Assembly (NCBI GenBank): GCA_041674705.1
Contig: JBAYVF010000005.1
Span: 36,645-100,644 of the forward strand
DNA length: 64,000 bases
Direction: 5' to 3'
Origin: Candidatus Omnitrophota bacterium
GTDB taxonomy: Bacteria > Omnitrophota > Omnitrophia > Omnitrophales > Aquincolibacteriaceae
Part shown: piece after piece, positions 9,438 to 17,602 of the stretch
Position numbering within the stretch: the first letter of the stretch is position 1
Layout of the letters: each line of letters opens with the position of its first letter
The notes under the pieces: generated by a model
The model's input: the letters and a program-made list of their open reading frames with translations, nothing else
The model's database searches: none
Told to the model about the DNA's origin: nothing
Position numbers and translations under genes: made by a program

Positions 9438-10652
9438 GTGTTTCCATCCGTCAAAGAGCAGCTAGAGGTTTTTAAAGAAAATCTCGTCGAGCTTATCTCC
9501 GAGCGTGAGCTGACGATGAAGCTTGAAGCTTCCCTCAAGAATAAATGTCCTCTTCGTATCAAATACGGCGCCGATCCTTCGGCCCCCGATCTTCATTTGG
9601 GGCATACGGTCCCTCTTCGTAAACTTCGACAGCTTCAGGATTTAGGTCATCTCGTCGTTTTCATTATCGGCGATTTCACCGCGCGTATTGGGGATCCTTC
9701 CGGGAAATCGGAAACGCGGCCCATGCTTTCCGAAGAGCAGGTTCAGACGAACGCCAAAACCTATCAGGAGCAGGTGTTCCGCATCCTCGATAAAAAGAAG
9801 ACGGAGGTGCGCTACAACTCCGAATGGCTGGGTACCATGAGTTCCGCGGATTTTCTCAAACTCACGGCGCAGTACACGGTCGCCAGGATCCTTGAACGCG
9901 ATGATTTTTCAAAGCGCTATAAATCAGGGGAGCCCATTGCGGTCGTGGAGCTTCTTTATCCCCTCATGCAAGGCCATGATTCCGTGGAGATCGAATCCGA
10001 TATCGAGATCGGCGGAACGGATCAAAAATTCAATCTTCTGGTCGGACGGGAACTTCAAAAGACCGATGGCCAGGAGCCTCAGGTTGTGATGACGCTTCCT
10101 CTGATCGAAGGGTTGGATGGCGTTCAGAAGATGTCAAAAAGCCTCGGAAATCATATTGCGCTGAAAGACAGTCCCCGGGAAATGTTCGGCAAGGTGATGT
10201 CAATCCCGGATGCTCTGATGGAACGGTATTACCGGTACGCGGCCGCGCTTTCTCCCAAAGAAGTCGAAAAGATCCTCGCAAGTCTAAAAAACGGAGAACT
10301 CCATCCTCGCGACGCCAAGGCGCAACTCGCGGAGCGGATCGTGTCTCTTTTTCATTCGGAAGCGGAAGGAAAAAGCGCGCGCGAAGAATTCGATGAGATC
10401 TTCAAGAATAAAGGCATGCCGGATGAGATCCCCACCGTCAAGATCGGTCAAAAGACGATCGATATCGTGAGCCTCCTGGTCGAGGCGGGGCTTGTGACGA
10501 GCAAATCCGAAGCTCGTCGTCTTATGGAACAGGGCGGGGTGAAGATCGGACACGAAAAGATCACGGACCCGAAGGCGGTCATGACGATCGGAGCGCCGTT
10601 TGTTCTCCAGTGCGGTAAGCGGAAATTCGTAAAGATAGTAAGTAGTATGTAG
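9438..10652 (+). CDS. tyrS: Tyrosyl-tRNA synthetase
   Basis: HIGH-type motif (DLHLGH), KMSKS (KMSKSLGN) and a C-terminal S4-like domain. The ORF track starts at TTG 9417; GTG 9438 is preferred because AAGGGGGG sits at 9424-9431. Confidence 0.93.
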   Translation: MFPSVKEQLEVFKENLVELISERELTMKLEASLKNKCPLRIKYGADPSAPDLHLGHTVPLRKLRQLQDLGHLVVFIIGDFTARIGDPSGKSETRPMLSEEQVQTNAKTYQEQVFRILDKKKTEVRYNSEWLGTMSSADFLKLTAQYTVARILERDDFSKRYKSGEPIAVVELLYPLMQGHDSVEIESDIEIGGTDQKFNLLVGRELQKTDGQEPQVVMTLPLIEGLDGVQKMSKSLGNHIALKDSPREMFGKVMSIPDALMERYYRYAAALSPKEVEKILASLKNGELHPRDAKAQLAERIVSLFHSEAEGKSAREEFDEIFKNKGMPDEIPTVKIGQKTIDIVSLLVEAGLVTSKSEARRLMEQGGVKIGHEKITDPKAVMTIGAPFVLQCGKRKFVKIVSSM

Positions 10653-10722
10653 TAGGTAGTATGTGGGGAAGGGAACGGCGGAACAGATTTTTGGCTTTTA
10701 CCTATCACCTACTACCTACCCC
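10637..10722. repeat. Heptamer-array inverted repeat, AGTAAGT/AGTATGT/AGTAGGT word family
   Basis: Left array 10637-10668 overlaps the last tyrS codons. Right array 10696-10722 (acctatc acctact acctacc) is its imperfect complement. Only a 9-bp core (gtagtaggt) pairs perfectly. Confidence 0.6.
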
Positions 10723-10747
10723 AATATGATTTTTCATAGAAAGATCC

Positions 10748-11731
10748 ATGGATAAAACACACTCCGGTGCTTTAATACAGTTCCAAAGTGTCTCCAAGAA
10801 CTACGGGTCTTTCCATGCGCTTCGCGATGTCTCCTTTGACGTTAAGGAAGGGGAGATCGTCGGATTCCTGGGGCCGAATGGCGCGGGCAAGACCACGGCG
10901 ATGCGCATTCTTTCCGGATTTTTTCCTCCCTCAAGCGGCCGTGTTTTTGTCTGTGGCACGGACATGTCAAAACATCCCCACAAGGCGAAGCGTGCCATTG
11001 GCTATCTTCCGGAAACGGTGAGTCTCTATCCGGATATGAAGGTGATCGAATATTTAAAGTTCGTGGCAAAGCTTAAAGGCGTGCCGGCCCATGAACTGGA
11101 CGGGCATGTCCGGAGCAAAATGTCGTTTTGCGGGCTTCTCGAGAACGGGCACCGTTTGATCGGGAGACTTTCCAAGGGGTACCGGCAGCGTGTCGGGCTT
11201 GCCCAGGCGCTTATGGGTGATCCTCAGGTCCTGGTCTTGGATGAACCGACGACCGGGCTTGATCCGACGCAGATCAAGGAGATCCGGGAGCTGATCCGCG
11301 CGCTTGGGCAGAACCGCGCCGTGATCCTTTCAACGCATATCCTGCCTGAGGTTTCGATGCTTTGCAGCCGCGTCATGATGATCAATCAGGGCGAGATCCT
11401 GGCAAGCGGGACTGTTCCGGAGCTTGCCTCCTGTCTGAAAGACCGCGAGGCGATCCACATCAAGATCAAGGACAAAAAAGACCAGCACCGCGCGCTCGGG
11501 ATCCTGGGTTCGATGCCGGGGGTCGAGTCCCTGGAGGTCGCGGAGGAAGTCAGGGGAGAGACTTTTATTACTTTTGAAACTTCGCCGGACGAGGACTTGC
11601 GGCCCCGGATCATGAAAAAATTTTTGGAGCAGGGGATTTCACTCACCGAGATCCAACGCTTGCAGTTGTCGCTCGAGGATATTTTTCTGGGGCTTTTGAA
11701 AAACGGGAAAGTGGGGAGACGTTTTCCATGA
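10748..11731 (+). CDS. ABC transporter ATP-binding protein (GldA-like, ABC-2 type)
   Basis: Walker A GPNGAGKTT, signature LSKGYRQR, Walker B LVLDEPTTGLD. Confidence 0.9.
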   Translation: MDKTHSGALIQFQSVSKNYGSFHALRDVSFDVKEGEIVGFLGPNGAGKTTAMRILSGFFPPSSGRVFVCGTDMSKHPHKAKRAIGYLPETVSLYPDMKVIEYLKFVAKLKGVPAHELDGHVRSKMSFCGLLENGHRLIGRLSKGYRQRVGLAQALMGDPQVLVLDEPTTGLDPTQIKEIRELIRALGQNRAVILSTHILPEVSMLCSRVMMINQGEILASGTVPELASCLKDREAIHIKIKDKKDQHRALGILGSMPGVESLEVAEEVRGETFITFETSPDEDLRPRIMKKFLEQGISLTEIQRLQLSLEDIFLGLLKNGKVGRRFP

Positions 11732-12504
11732 GAAAAGTCCTAACGATCGCGCGTAGGGAGTTCAGTAGCTGTTTTCACTCCTGGCTGGGGGTGCTCGTCG
11801 CGTCGCTTTTTTTCCTGGCCGCAGGGATCTTTTTTGTGATCCTGGTGCTGAACTATTCGAAGATCTCCATGAACCCGGAGCAGTACGGGCTCTCGAATTT
11901 TTCGGGGATCAATCAAACACATTATATCTTCGGGTCCTTTTTTTCAAACCTGAGCATTATGCTTCTTTTTCTGGTGCCGATCCTCACGATGCGTTCCTTC
12001 GCGGAAGAAAAACGGCAAGAAACGCTGGAGCTTCTCTTTACCTATCCTTTGTCCGATCTTGAGATCGTGGCCGGAAAACAGTTGGGGATCCTATTGTTTT
12101 TTGGGGCGCTTCTCTTGCCCCTGGCGGGATATTTGGCGGTGTTCCATGGAATTGGCGGAGAATTCGATTGGGGGCCGGTGGGGCTTGGATTTCTCGGATT
12201 CTGGCTTTTGGGGGCAGCCTACTCGGCGGCCGGGGTCTTTATCTCGAGCCTGACAAAAAATCCGATTGTGAGCGCGTTCGGAACTTTCAGCGTTTTGCTC
12301 GTGTTCTGGATCTTTGATTGGGTGGATGAGGTCGTGACGGGGCCCTGGGGGCATATCTTTTCCGAGCTTTCGCCGCTTGCTCATTATAAAAATTTCGCGC
12401 TGGGGATCCTGGATGTCCAGGATGTGGTTTATTTTGGTTTCTTTTTCTTTTATTTTCTTTTTCTCACGCTCCGTTCGACCGAAACAAGAAATTGGAAAAG
12501 CTGA
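11728..12504 (+). CDS. ABC-2 type transporter permease (GldF-like)
   Basis: Multi-TM protein. ATGA start/stop overlap with the upstream ATPase gene. Confidence 0.8.
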   Translation: MRKVLTIARREFSSCFHSWLGVLVASLFFLAAGIFFVILVLNYSKISMNPEQYGLSNFSGINQTHYIFGSFFSNLSIMLLFLVPILTMRSFAEEKRQETLELLFTYPLSDLEIVAGKQLGILLFFGALLLPLAGYLAVFHGIGGEFDWGPVGLGFLGFWLLGAAYSAAGVFISSLTKNPIVSAFGTFSVLLVFWIFDWVDEVVTGPWGHIFSELSPLAHYKNFALGILDVQDVVYFGFFFFYFLFLTLRSTETRNWKS

Positions 12505-12511
12505 ACAATAA

Positions 12512-12933
12512 GTTCGGAGTCTGGAGCTGGGAGTTCGGAGATTGAAACATGGAAGATAAATTTTCATTCGAGAATCTGTTGGTCTATAGGAAAGCGTTGG
12601 ATTATGTGGATTGCGTCTATGAATGGACCCAGGTATTCCCAAAAGAAGAAAAGTTTGGACTGACAAGCCAATTTCAGAGGGCAGCGCAGTCCATAGCGTT
12701 AAATATCGGGGAGGGAAGCGGCGGCACCAAGGCCGAATTCCAGCATTTCGTAAAGATAGCCAGACGATCTGTAAGGGAATGTATTGTTTGTACAACGCTT
12801 GCAAGAAGAAGGAATTATCTATCTGAAAAGGATGAGGCGAAATCGCGAGAAAGAGCTTCGGAATTATCAAAAATGCTGAGTGGGCTGTTTAAGGCTATTT
12901 GATGCTCCGAACTCCAAACTCATGACTCAAAAC
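12512..12933 (+). repeat. GTTCGGA-word hairpin cassette enclosing the four-helix-bundle ORF
   Basis: The 29-nt arms 12512-12540 (gttcgga gtctgga gctggga gttcgga g) and 12905-12933 are complementary at 23/29 positions (hand count). They abut the ORF at 12549-12902. Confidence 0.8.
12549..12902 (+). CDS. Four-helix-bundle protein (23S rRNA intervening-sequence protein / Avd-like family)
   Basis: 117 aa. LVYRKALDY..LTSQFQRAAQSIALNIGEG..F..IARRSVRE pattern typical of the PF05635/TIGR02436 family. GGAG RBS lies in the flanking repeat arm. Confidence 0.8.
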   Translation: MEDKFSFENLLVYRKALDYVDCVYEWTQVFPKEEKFGLTSQFQRAAQSIALNIGEGSGGTKAEFQHFVKIARRSVRECIVCTTLARRRNYLSEKDEAKSRERASELSKMLSGLFKAI

Positions 12934-12938
12934 TAAAA

Positions 12939-14351
12939 ATGAGACAGTTTTTTTTAAAGTTCCAGATTTTGTTCGAGGCGGCGATCCTTTTGGCAACGCT
13001 GACGCTGGTTTATGTGGTGATCCAGCCCTTTCATGAGCGGTGGGACATGACCCGTGAAAAGATCTATTCGCTTCCTCGGGCGACCACCGGAGTTTTGCGC
13101 GATTTGAAAGATCATAGAGTCGATCTTCTTCTTTTCTTTCCACAGGATGATCCCACGCGAAAAGGGCTGGAAGTTTTTCTGAAAGAGTGTAGCCGGCATC
13201 ACCCGGATTTTCATTTCGATTTCTATGACCCGAACCGGAGGCCGCAACTTGCGCGTAAGTTCAATGTCTCGGTCGCCAAGACGGTGATCTTCCGCTCCGG
13301 TGATCGGGAAGAACGTCTGATAGGTCCGACCGAAGAAGGCTTTACGAATGCGTTCCTGCGGCTACTCCATCCCAAGGATCTGGATGTCTGCTTCGTGTCG
13401 GGTCATGGAGAGGTGGAGCTCGATGATGAAACGACCGGCGGGTACCTGCGTTTCAGAGACACACTTTTAGGATATAACGCCAAGGTCCACGGGATCGTGC
13501 TCGCGCGTGACCATGTGCCGGATGCCTGCCAGGTAGTGGTTGTGGGCGGTCCGCGTTGGGATTTGACGGCCGAAGAGTTTGCGGATCTGGACAAGGCCTT
13601 CCAAAAAGGGAAGGGTGTGCTGCTTTTGGTCGATCCGATGGACCCGGGTGCGGGAGGTGCATTCACGGAATTTGCGAAAAAATATGGTGTGGCGCTTGGG
13701 CAGAACGTGATCGTGGATAAGGTCAGCCGTATGGTGGGCGGAGATTTTTTGATGCCGCTCGTGAGTCAGTATCTCGTGACGAATTCCATCACGAAGACCA
13801 TGAAACAAGCGACTTTTTTTCCGTTGGTGCGTACGGTGCAACCGTCCGCGGATGTTATCCCGGGGCTTGAGGTGACGCCTCTGGCCATGACCAGCGAGGG
13901 GAGTTGGGGAGAAACGGATCTTTCAGCCCTTGAGAATGGGAATGCGGCGTTTGATATGAAAACAGATATCGCGGGGCCTTTGCCGGTGGCCGTGGCGATC
14001 GAGAAAACCAGCGATAAGCTGTCAGCGTTAAGCGGTAAGGAAAAAACCTCTAACGCTTATAACTTAGCGCTTTTCGCTGGAGGCCGGATGATCGTTGTGG
14101 GGGACGGGGATTTTTTGACGAATGGCTATCTGGATCTTTCCGGGAATAAGGAGCTGGGACTGAATATGATCCGCTGGCTCGCCCGCGATGATCGTTTTAT
14201 GGACGTGAAGCGTCCGGAGCTTCGTTTTAAGCCGCTCCTGCTTGACGTGCCGCATCGGACCCAGCTGATCATCCTTTTGCTCGGAGTCTATCCCTTGGCG
14301 CTCCTTGTGCTTGGTGGGACCTATCTTGTGATCCGTTCCAGGACGTCATGA
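12939..14351 (+). CDS. GldG-like ABC-transporter auxiliary protein
   Basis: N- and C-terminal TM anchors. Sequence and operon position resemble the GldG / ABC-type uncharacterized transport system family. Confidence 0.75.
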   Translation: MRQFFLKFQILFEAAILLATLTLVYVVIQPFHERWDMTREKIYSLPRATTGVLRDLKDHRVDLLLFFPQDDPTRKGLEVFLKECSRHHPDFHFDFYDPNRRPQLARKFNVSVAKTVIFRSGDREERLIGPTEEGFTNAFLRLLHPKDLDVCFVSGHGEVELDDETTGGYLRFRDTLLGYNAKVHGIVLARDHVPDACQVVVVGGPRWDLTAEEFADLDKAFQKGKGVLLLVDPMDPGAGGAFTEFAKKYGVALGQNVIVDKVSRMVGGDFLMPLVSQYLVTNSITKTMKQATFFPLVRTVQPSADVIPGLEVTPLAMTSEGSWGETDLSALENGNAAFDMKTDIAGPLPVAVAIEKTSDKLSALSGKEKTSNAYNLALFAGGRMIVVGDGDFLTNGYLDLSGNKELGLNMIRWLARDDRFMDVKRPELRFKPLLLDVPHRTQLIILLLGVYPLALLVLGGTYLVIRSRTS

Positions 14352-14428
14352 TTCTCCTCATTGAAAAAAATAAACGGGTAATCATGACAGCCCAAGTCAC
14401 CATCCAAGAAAAGAAAATAAAGACTTGG
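14347..14428 (+). repeat. Conserved ~80-nt intergenic element with short ORF start, copy 1
   Basis: Shares catgattctc and an identical 38-mer (14366-14403 = 52703-52740) with copy 2. Contains ATG 14384 opening MTAQVTIQE... Confidence 0.8.
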
Positions 14429-15489
14429 ACGTCATGAAGCTCGTCCGGACATTCGTTTTTATCCTTCTTTTTGCCGCCGTTGCGACGATCTATTTTTTTC
14501 AGGTGCGTCTCGCCAAACAAACTCTCGCGATCATTCCCGACGAAGTGAATCGAACGGTCGCCATCTCAAAAAACGATCCAATCGATCGCGTGGAATTGTG
14601 CGACAACGTCCAAAAGACAAAGATCAAGCTTCGAAAAGTAAATGGGGCCTGGGAGATCGAGCGGCCCGTTCACTACCCGGCGGAGAACCAGGTCGCGGAG
14701 GGATTTGTGGTCGCGGCCCGGATGGCATCCCAACAGCCGCGTTTGCGGGCTGAGAAAGAATGGGGAGAGTATGGGCTCGAAAAGCCTGAGCTCGAGATCC
14801 TGTTTGGACTTCCCGGGAAAAGAGCGGTAACCCTTCTGATCGGAGCCCAAGCGCCCGTCGGAAAGGCGATTTTTGCCCGGTGGGCGGAGGAGCGTGGATT
14901 TTTTCTCCTGCCTCCCGAAATGAAAGCGATGTTTCGTCAGACGGTTTACGGGTTACGTCAAAAGCGGTTGTTCCGTACTCCGGCCGACAGGATCCAGAAG
15001 ATCTCGGTGGAAATGGGGGAATACAGTTGTCAGTGGAAAAAGGACGGCGGGACATGGTATTGGCTTGAACCTGTTCAAAAATTAGGCCAGAAAGTCCCGG
15101 CCGGGCGCATCGATCTTGTCGTGGGAGGCCTGGAGAGCCTTCATGTAAGAGAATTTCTGGACAGCAATAAGAAGTCCAAAGCCGAGCTCGGATTTTTCAT
15201 GATCCATGACCTTATTCAGGTCGAAGCTGAAGATGGCCCGCCTGGAAAACGGGACGAGGCTCGCCCGTCTTCGCAGGGCGGCAAGAAGGAAACGTTTTAT
15301 TTCGGGAATGAGGTCCCGGAGAAGAATGCCTATTACGGATTTCGCGAAGGCGAGGATGTGGTTTTTCTTGTGGATCGCGTCAATGTGGTAGAGCTTTTTG
15401 ATTTTATACGCAAGATCCAGGCCGAAGATCTAAAACCCGAGACCAAGGATCTGAGCCCGAAGACCGGGACCGTGGAACCCAAGGTATGA
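14425..15489 (+). CDS. DUF4340-like membrane-anchored protein
   Basis: N-terminal TM helix. Follows the gldG-like gene, as DUF4340 proteins commonly do. Start is TTG 14425 or ATG 14434. Confidence 0.6.
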   Translation: MDVMKLVRTFVFILLFAAVATIYFFQVRLAKQTLAIIPDEVNRTVAISKNDPIDRVELCDNVQKTKIKLRKVNGAWEIERPVHYPAENQVAEGFVVAARMASQQPRLRAEKEWGEYGLEKPELEILFGLPGKRAVTLLIGAQAPVGKAIFARWAEERGFFLLPPEMKAMFRQTVYGLRQKRLFRTPADRIQKISVEMGEYSCQWKKDGGTWYWLEPVQKLGQKVPAGRIDLVVGGLESLHVREFLDSNKKSKAELGFFMIHDLIQVEAEDGPPGKRDEARPSSQGGKKETFYFGNEVPEKNAYYGFREGEDVVFLVDRVNVVELFDFIRKIQAEDLKPETKDLSPKTGTVEPKV

Positions 15490-16178
15490 GTATCCCGCAG
15501 GCCATTAAAGACCTTCGCAATTCCATGGACAAGACGGCTTTGCAAGCGGGACGTGATCCGGGAGATGTCCGGCTTGTTCTTGTGACGAAGACCGTCGAGC
15601 CCAAGCGCGTTCTGGAGGCCTATCAGGCGGGCGAAAGGGATTTCGGAGAGAATCGTGTCCAGGAGTGGCAGGAGAAGAAGGACGCGCTCCCGTCGGATGT
15701 CCGTTGGCATTTGATCGGGCATCTCCAAACGAACAAAGTAAAACATGTCATCGGCCAGGTCGCGCTCATTCATTCGCTGGACCGGTTCGAGCTCGCGGAC
15801 GCGATCGAGAAACAGGCAAAGGTTAAAGGAATCGCTGAAGTGCCGTGTCTCGTGCAAGTGAACATGTCCGGGGAAGAAAGTAAGTTTGGTCTTGATCCGG
15901 CCCAGGTCGAAGATTTCGTAAGGCAAATGTCTTCCCGGCCGTCAATCAAGCTCCTCGGGCTTATGAGCATCGGGCCGCTTACGGAAGATGAGGGGAAGAT
16001 CCGGGAATGTTTCCGAAAGACCCGGGAGCTTCGGGACGAGCTGAAGAAGAAATTCGCGCAATATGGCTGGGGCATCCTTTCCATGGGAATGTCGGCTGAT
16101 TACAGAATAGCTATTGAAGAAGGCGCAAATATGCTTAGAATTGGCTCTTTAGTCTTTCCGAGGGATATCAAAAAATGA
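15486..16178 (+). CDS. yggS: YggS-family pyridoxal-phosphate homeostasis protein
   Basis: KTVEPKRV..FGENRVQE..HLIGHLQTNK motifs of the YggS/PROSC barrel. Confidence 0.9.
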   Translation: MSIPQAIKDLRNSMDKTALQAGRDPGDVRLVLVTKTVEPKRVLEAYQAGERDFGENRVQEWQEKKDALPSDVRWHLIGHLQTNKVKHVIGQVALIHSLDRFELADAIEKQAKVKGIAEVPCLVQVNMSGEESKFGLDPAQVEDFVRQMSSRPSIKLLGLMSIGPLTEDEGKIRECFRKTRELRDELKKKFAQYGWGILSMGMSADYRIAIEEGANMLRIGSLVFPRDIKK

Positions 16179-16987
16179 AGACACTAGGCAATAAGAAGAT
16201 CGGCGTGATCGGCGTGGGGAACATGGGCGCTTCGATCCTGGAAGGTGTGCTCGCTAAGAGTCTTACAACCCCTTCCCGTGTATGGGTTTATGACAAGGCT
16301 TTGGCGAAGGCCAAGTCCTTTGCTCGCCGGAACCGCGTGAATCAGGCATCTTCGATCGTAGAATTGTTAAAGAAAACGGACGTGGTGCTTTTGGCCATGA
16401 AGCCGCAGGATTTTGTGACCTTCGCGCTAGAACATCGGTTGTCCTTTAGGCCCGGGCAAAACGTTATTTCGATCCTGGCCGGAATGACGACGGAAAAGAT
16501 CACAAAGGCTCTTGGCAAAAATGTCACGGTGGTTCGAGCCATGCCGAATCTGGGAGCGAAGGTGGGGCAATCGATGACCGTGATCTGCGGAAAAAACAGA
16601 ACAGCGCTTTCTTGGGCTGAAACGCTTTTTGCCGGCTGCGGGGAAGTGGTGACGCTCCCGGAAAAGAGATTGGACCTTGTGACCGCGATGAGCGGCAGCG
16701 GACCGGCCTATTTTTTTCATCTGATGGAACTTTTGACGGATTTTGGCGTGAAACAGGGGCTTCCTGCCAAGGTTGCCCAAGCGCTAGCCGTTCAGACGGG
16801 ATTAGGGGCCGCGCTTCTGGCAAAAGGCTCTGAGGAATCCTGTGGAGAGCTGCGGCAGCGGGTAACCTCCAAAAAAGGAACGACGGAGGCCGCTCTGAAA
16901 ACTTTACAGCGTGGAAAATTCGGGAAGATCTTTCAGCGAGCGCTTGGGGCCGCGGTGAAGAGGAGTCGGGAATTACGGAAAGGATGA
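16175..16987 (+). CDS. proC: Pyrroline-5-carboxylate reductase
   Basis: IGVIGVGNMG dinucleotide fold and a P5CR C-terminal region. Classic yggS-proC-yggT neighbourhood. Confidence 0.9.
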   Translation: MKTLGNKKIGVIGVGNMGASILEGVLAKSLTTPSRVWVYDKALAKAKSFARRNRVNQASSIVELLKKTDVVLLAMKPQDFVTFALEHRLSFRPGQNVISILAGMTTEKITKALGKNVTVVRAMPNLGAKVGQSMTVICGKNRTALSWAETLFAGCGEVVTLPEKRLDLVTAMSGSGPAYFFHLMELLTDFGVKQGLPAKVAQALAVQTGLGAALLAKGSEESCGELRQRVTSKKGTTEAALKTLQRGKFGKIFQRALGAAVKRSRELRKG

Positions 16988-16996
16988 GTTTTGGAT

Positions 16997-17056
16997 GTCA
17001 TCCCCGAATGTTTTAGTCGGGGATCCAGCCTGGATTCCCGCTTCCGCGGGAATGAC
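16997..17056 (+). repeat. Structured 60-nt repeat (twin-hairpin element), copy 1
   Basis: gtcat-CCCCGA-loop-TCGGGG-atcca..tggat-TCCCGC-loop-GCGGGA-atgac, 10 nt after the proC stop. Confidence 0.8.
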
Positions 17057-17091
17057 AATGTTAACAATAACCCGTAGGTAGGGAGAATAAA

Positions 17092-17394
17092 ATGTTCATT
17101 TTCGGGATCGTGTTCCAGGGATTGGCCATGCTCGTGAACGGGATCTGTACGATCCTCTATTGGCTGCTTTTCGCGAGGATCCTCGTCTCGTGGTTTCCCG
17201 TGGACCCTTTCTCGAGTCCGATGCGGTTTTTGATCCAGGTCACGGACCCGATCCTGGAACCGTTGCGCCGGCTTCCGATCCGGATCGGGATGATGGATTT
17301 TTCGCCGCTTCTCGCTTTTTTCATGCTTTATATTACGAACAAGATCCTTGTCACCATTCTTTTAAAGCTTGCTTACCAATTCGGCGGAGGCTGA
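17092..17394 (+). CDS. yggT: YggT family membrane protein
   Basis: 100 aa, two hydrophobic helices, YggT-like sequence and gene context. Confidence 0.8.
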   Translation: MFIFGIVFQGLAMLVNGICTILYWLLFARILVSWFPVDPFSSPMRFLIQVTDPILEPLRRLPIRIGMMDFSPLLAFFMLYITNKILVTILLKLAYQFGGG

Positions 17395-17497
17395 CCCCGT
17401 TAGAAATTCAACCAATGATCTTTTGAGAACATGCCGTGGCAGGTAATACGAAATGGAAGTTAGTGACAGGCGATCCAAAATTGTATTTCTAACGGGG
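17395..17497. repeat. 13-bp perfect inverted repeat pair CCCCGTTAGAAAT / ATTTCTAACGGGG enclosing 77 nt
   Basis: Arms 17395-17407 and 17485-17497. Begins right after the yggT TGA. A third partial copy cccgttaga lies at 17513-17521. Confidence 0.8.
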
Positions 17498-17602
17498 CAA
17501 GTGACCACCTGTCCCGTTAGACATTTGATGAGGCGAAAGAATCAAGCAGGTGTTCGAAGTTTATATAAAGAAAAGTTCTTGCGAATATAAAGGAGAAAAT
17601 TA

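Noticed and set aside
9268-10722. CRISPR array interpretation of the tandem short-word arrays.
   Set aside because: The repeat unit is only ~7 nt with no spacers. The arrays come as inverted pairs forming hairpins, and no cas genes are present.
12549-12902. Diversity-generating retroelement (the four-helix-bundle protein is Avd-like).
   Set aside because: No reverse transcriptase ORF and no template/variable repeat pair were detectable in the window. The context fits the IVS-type stand-alone family instead.
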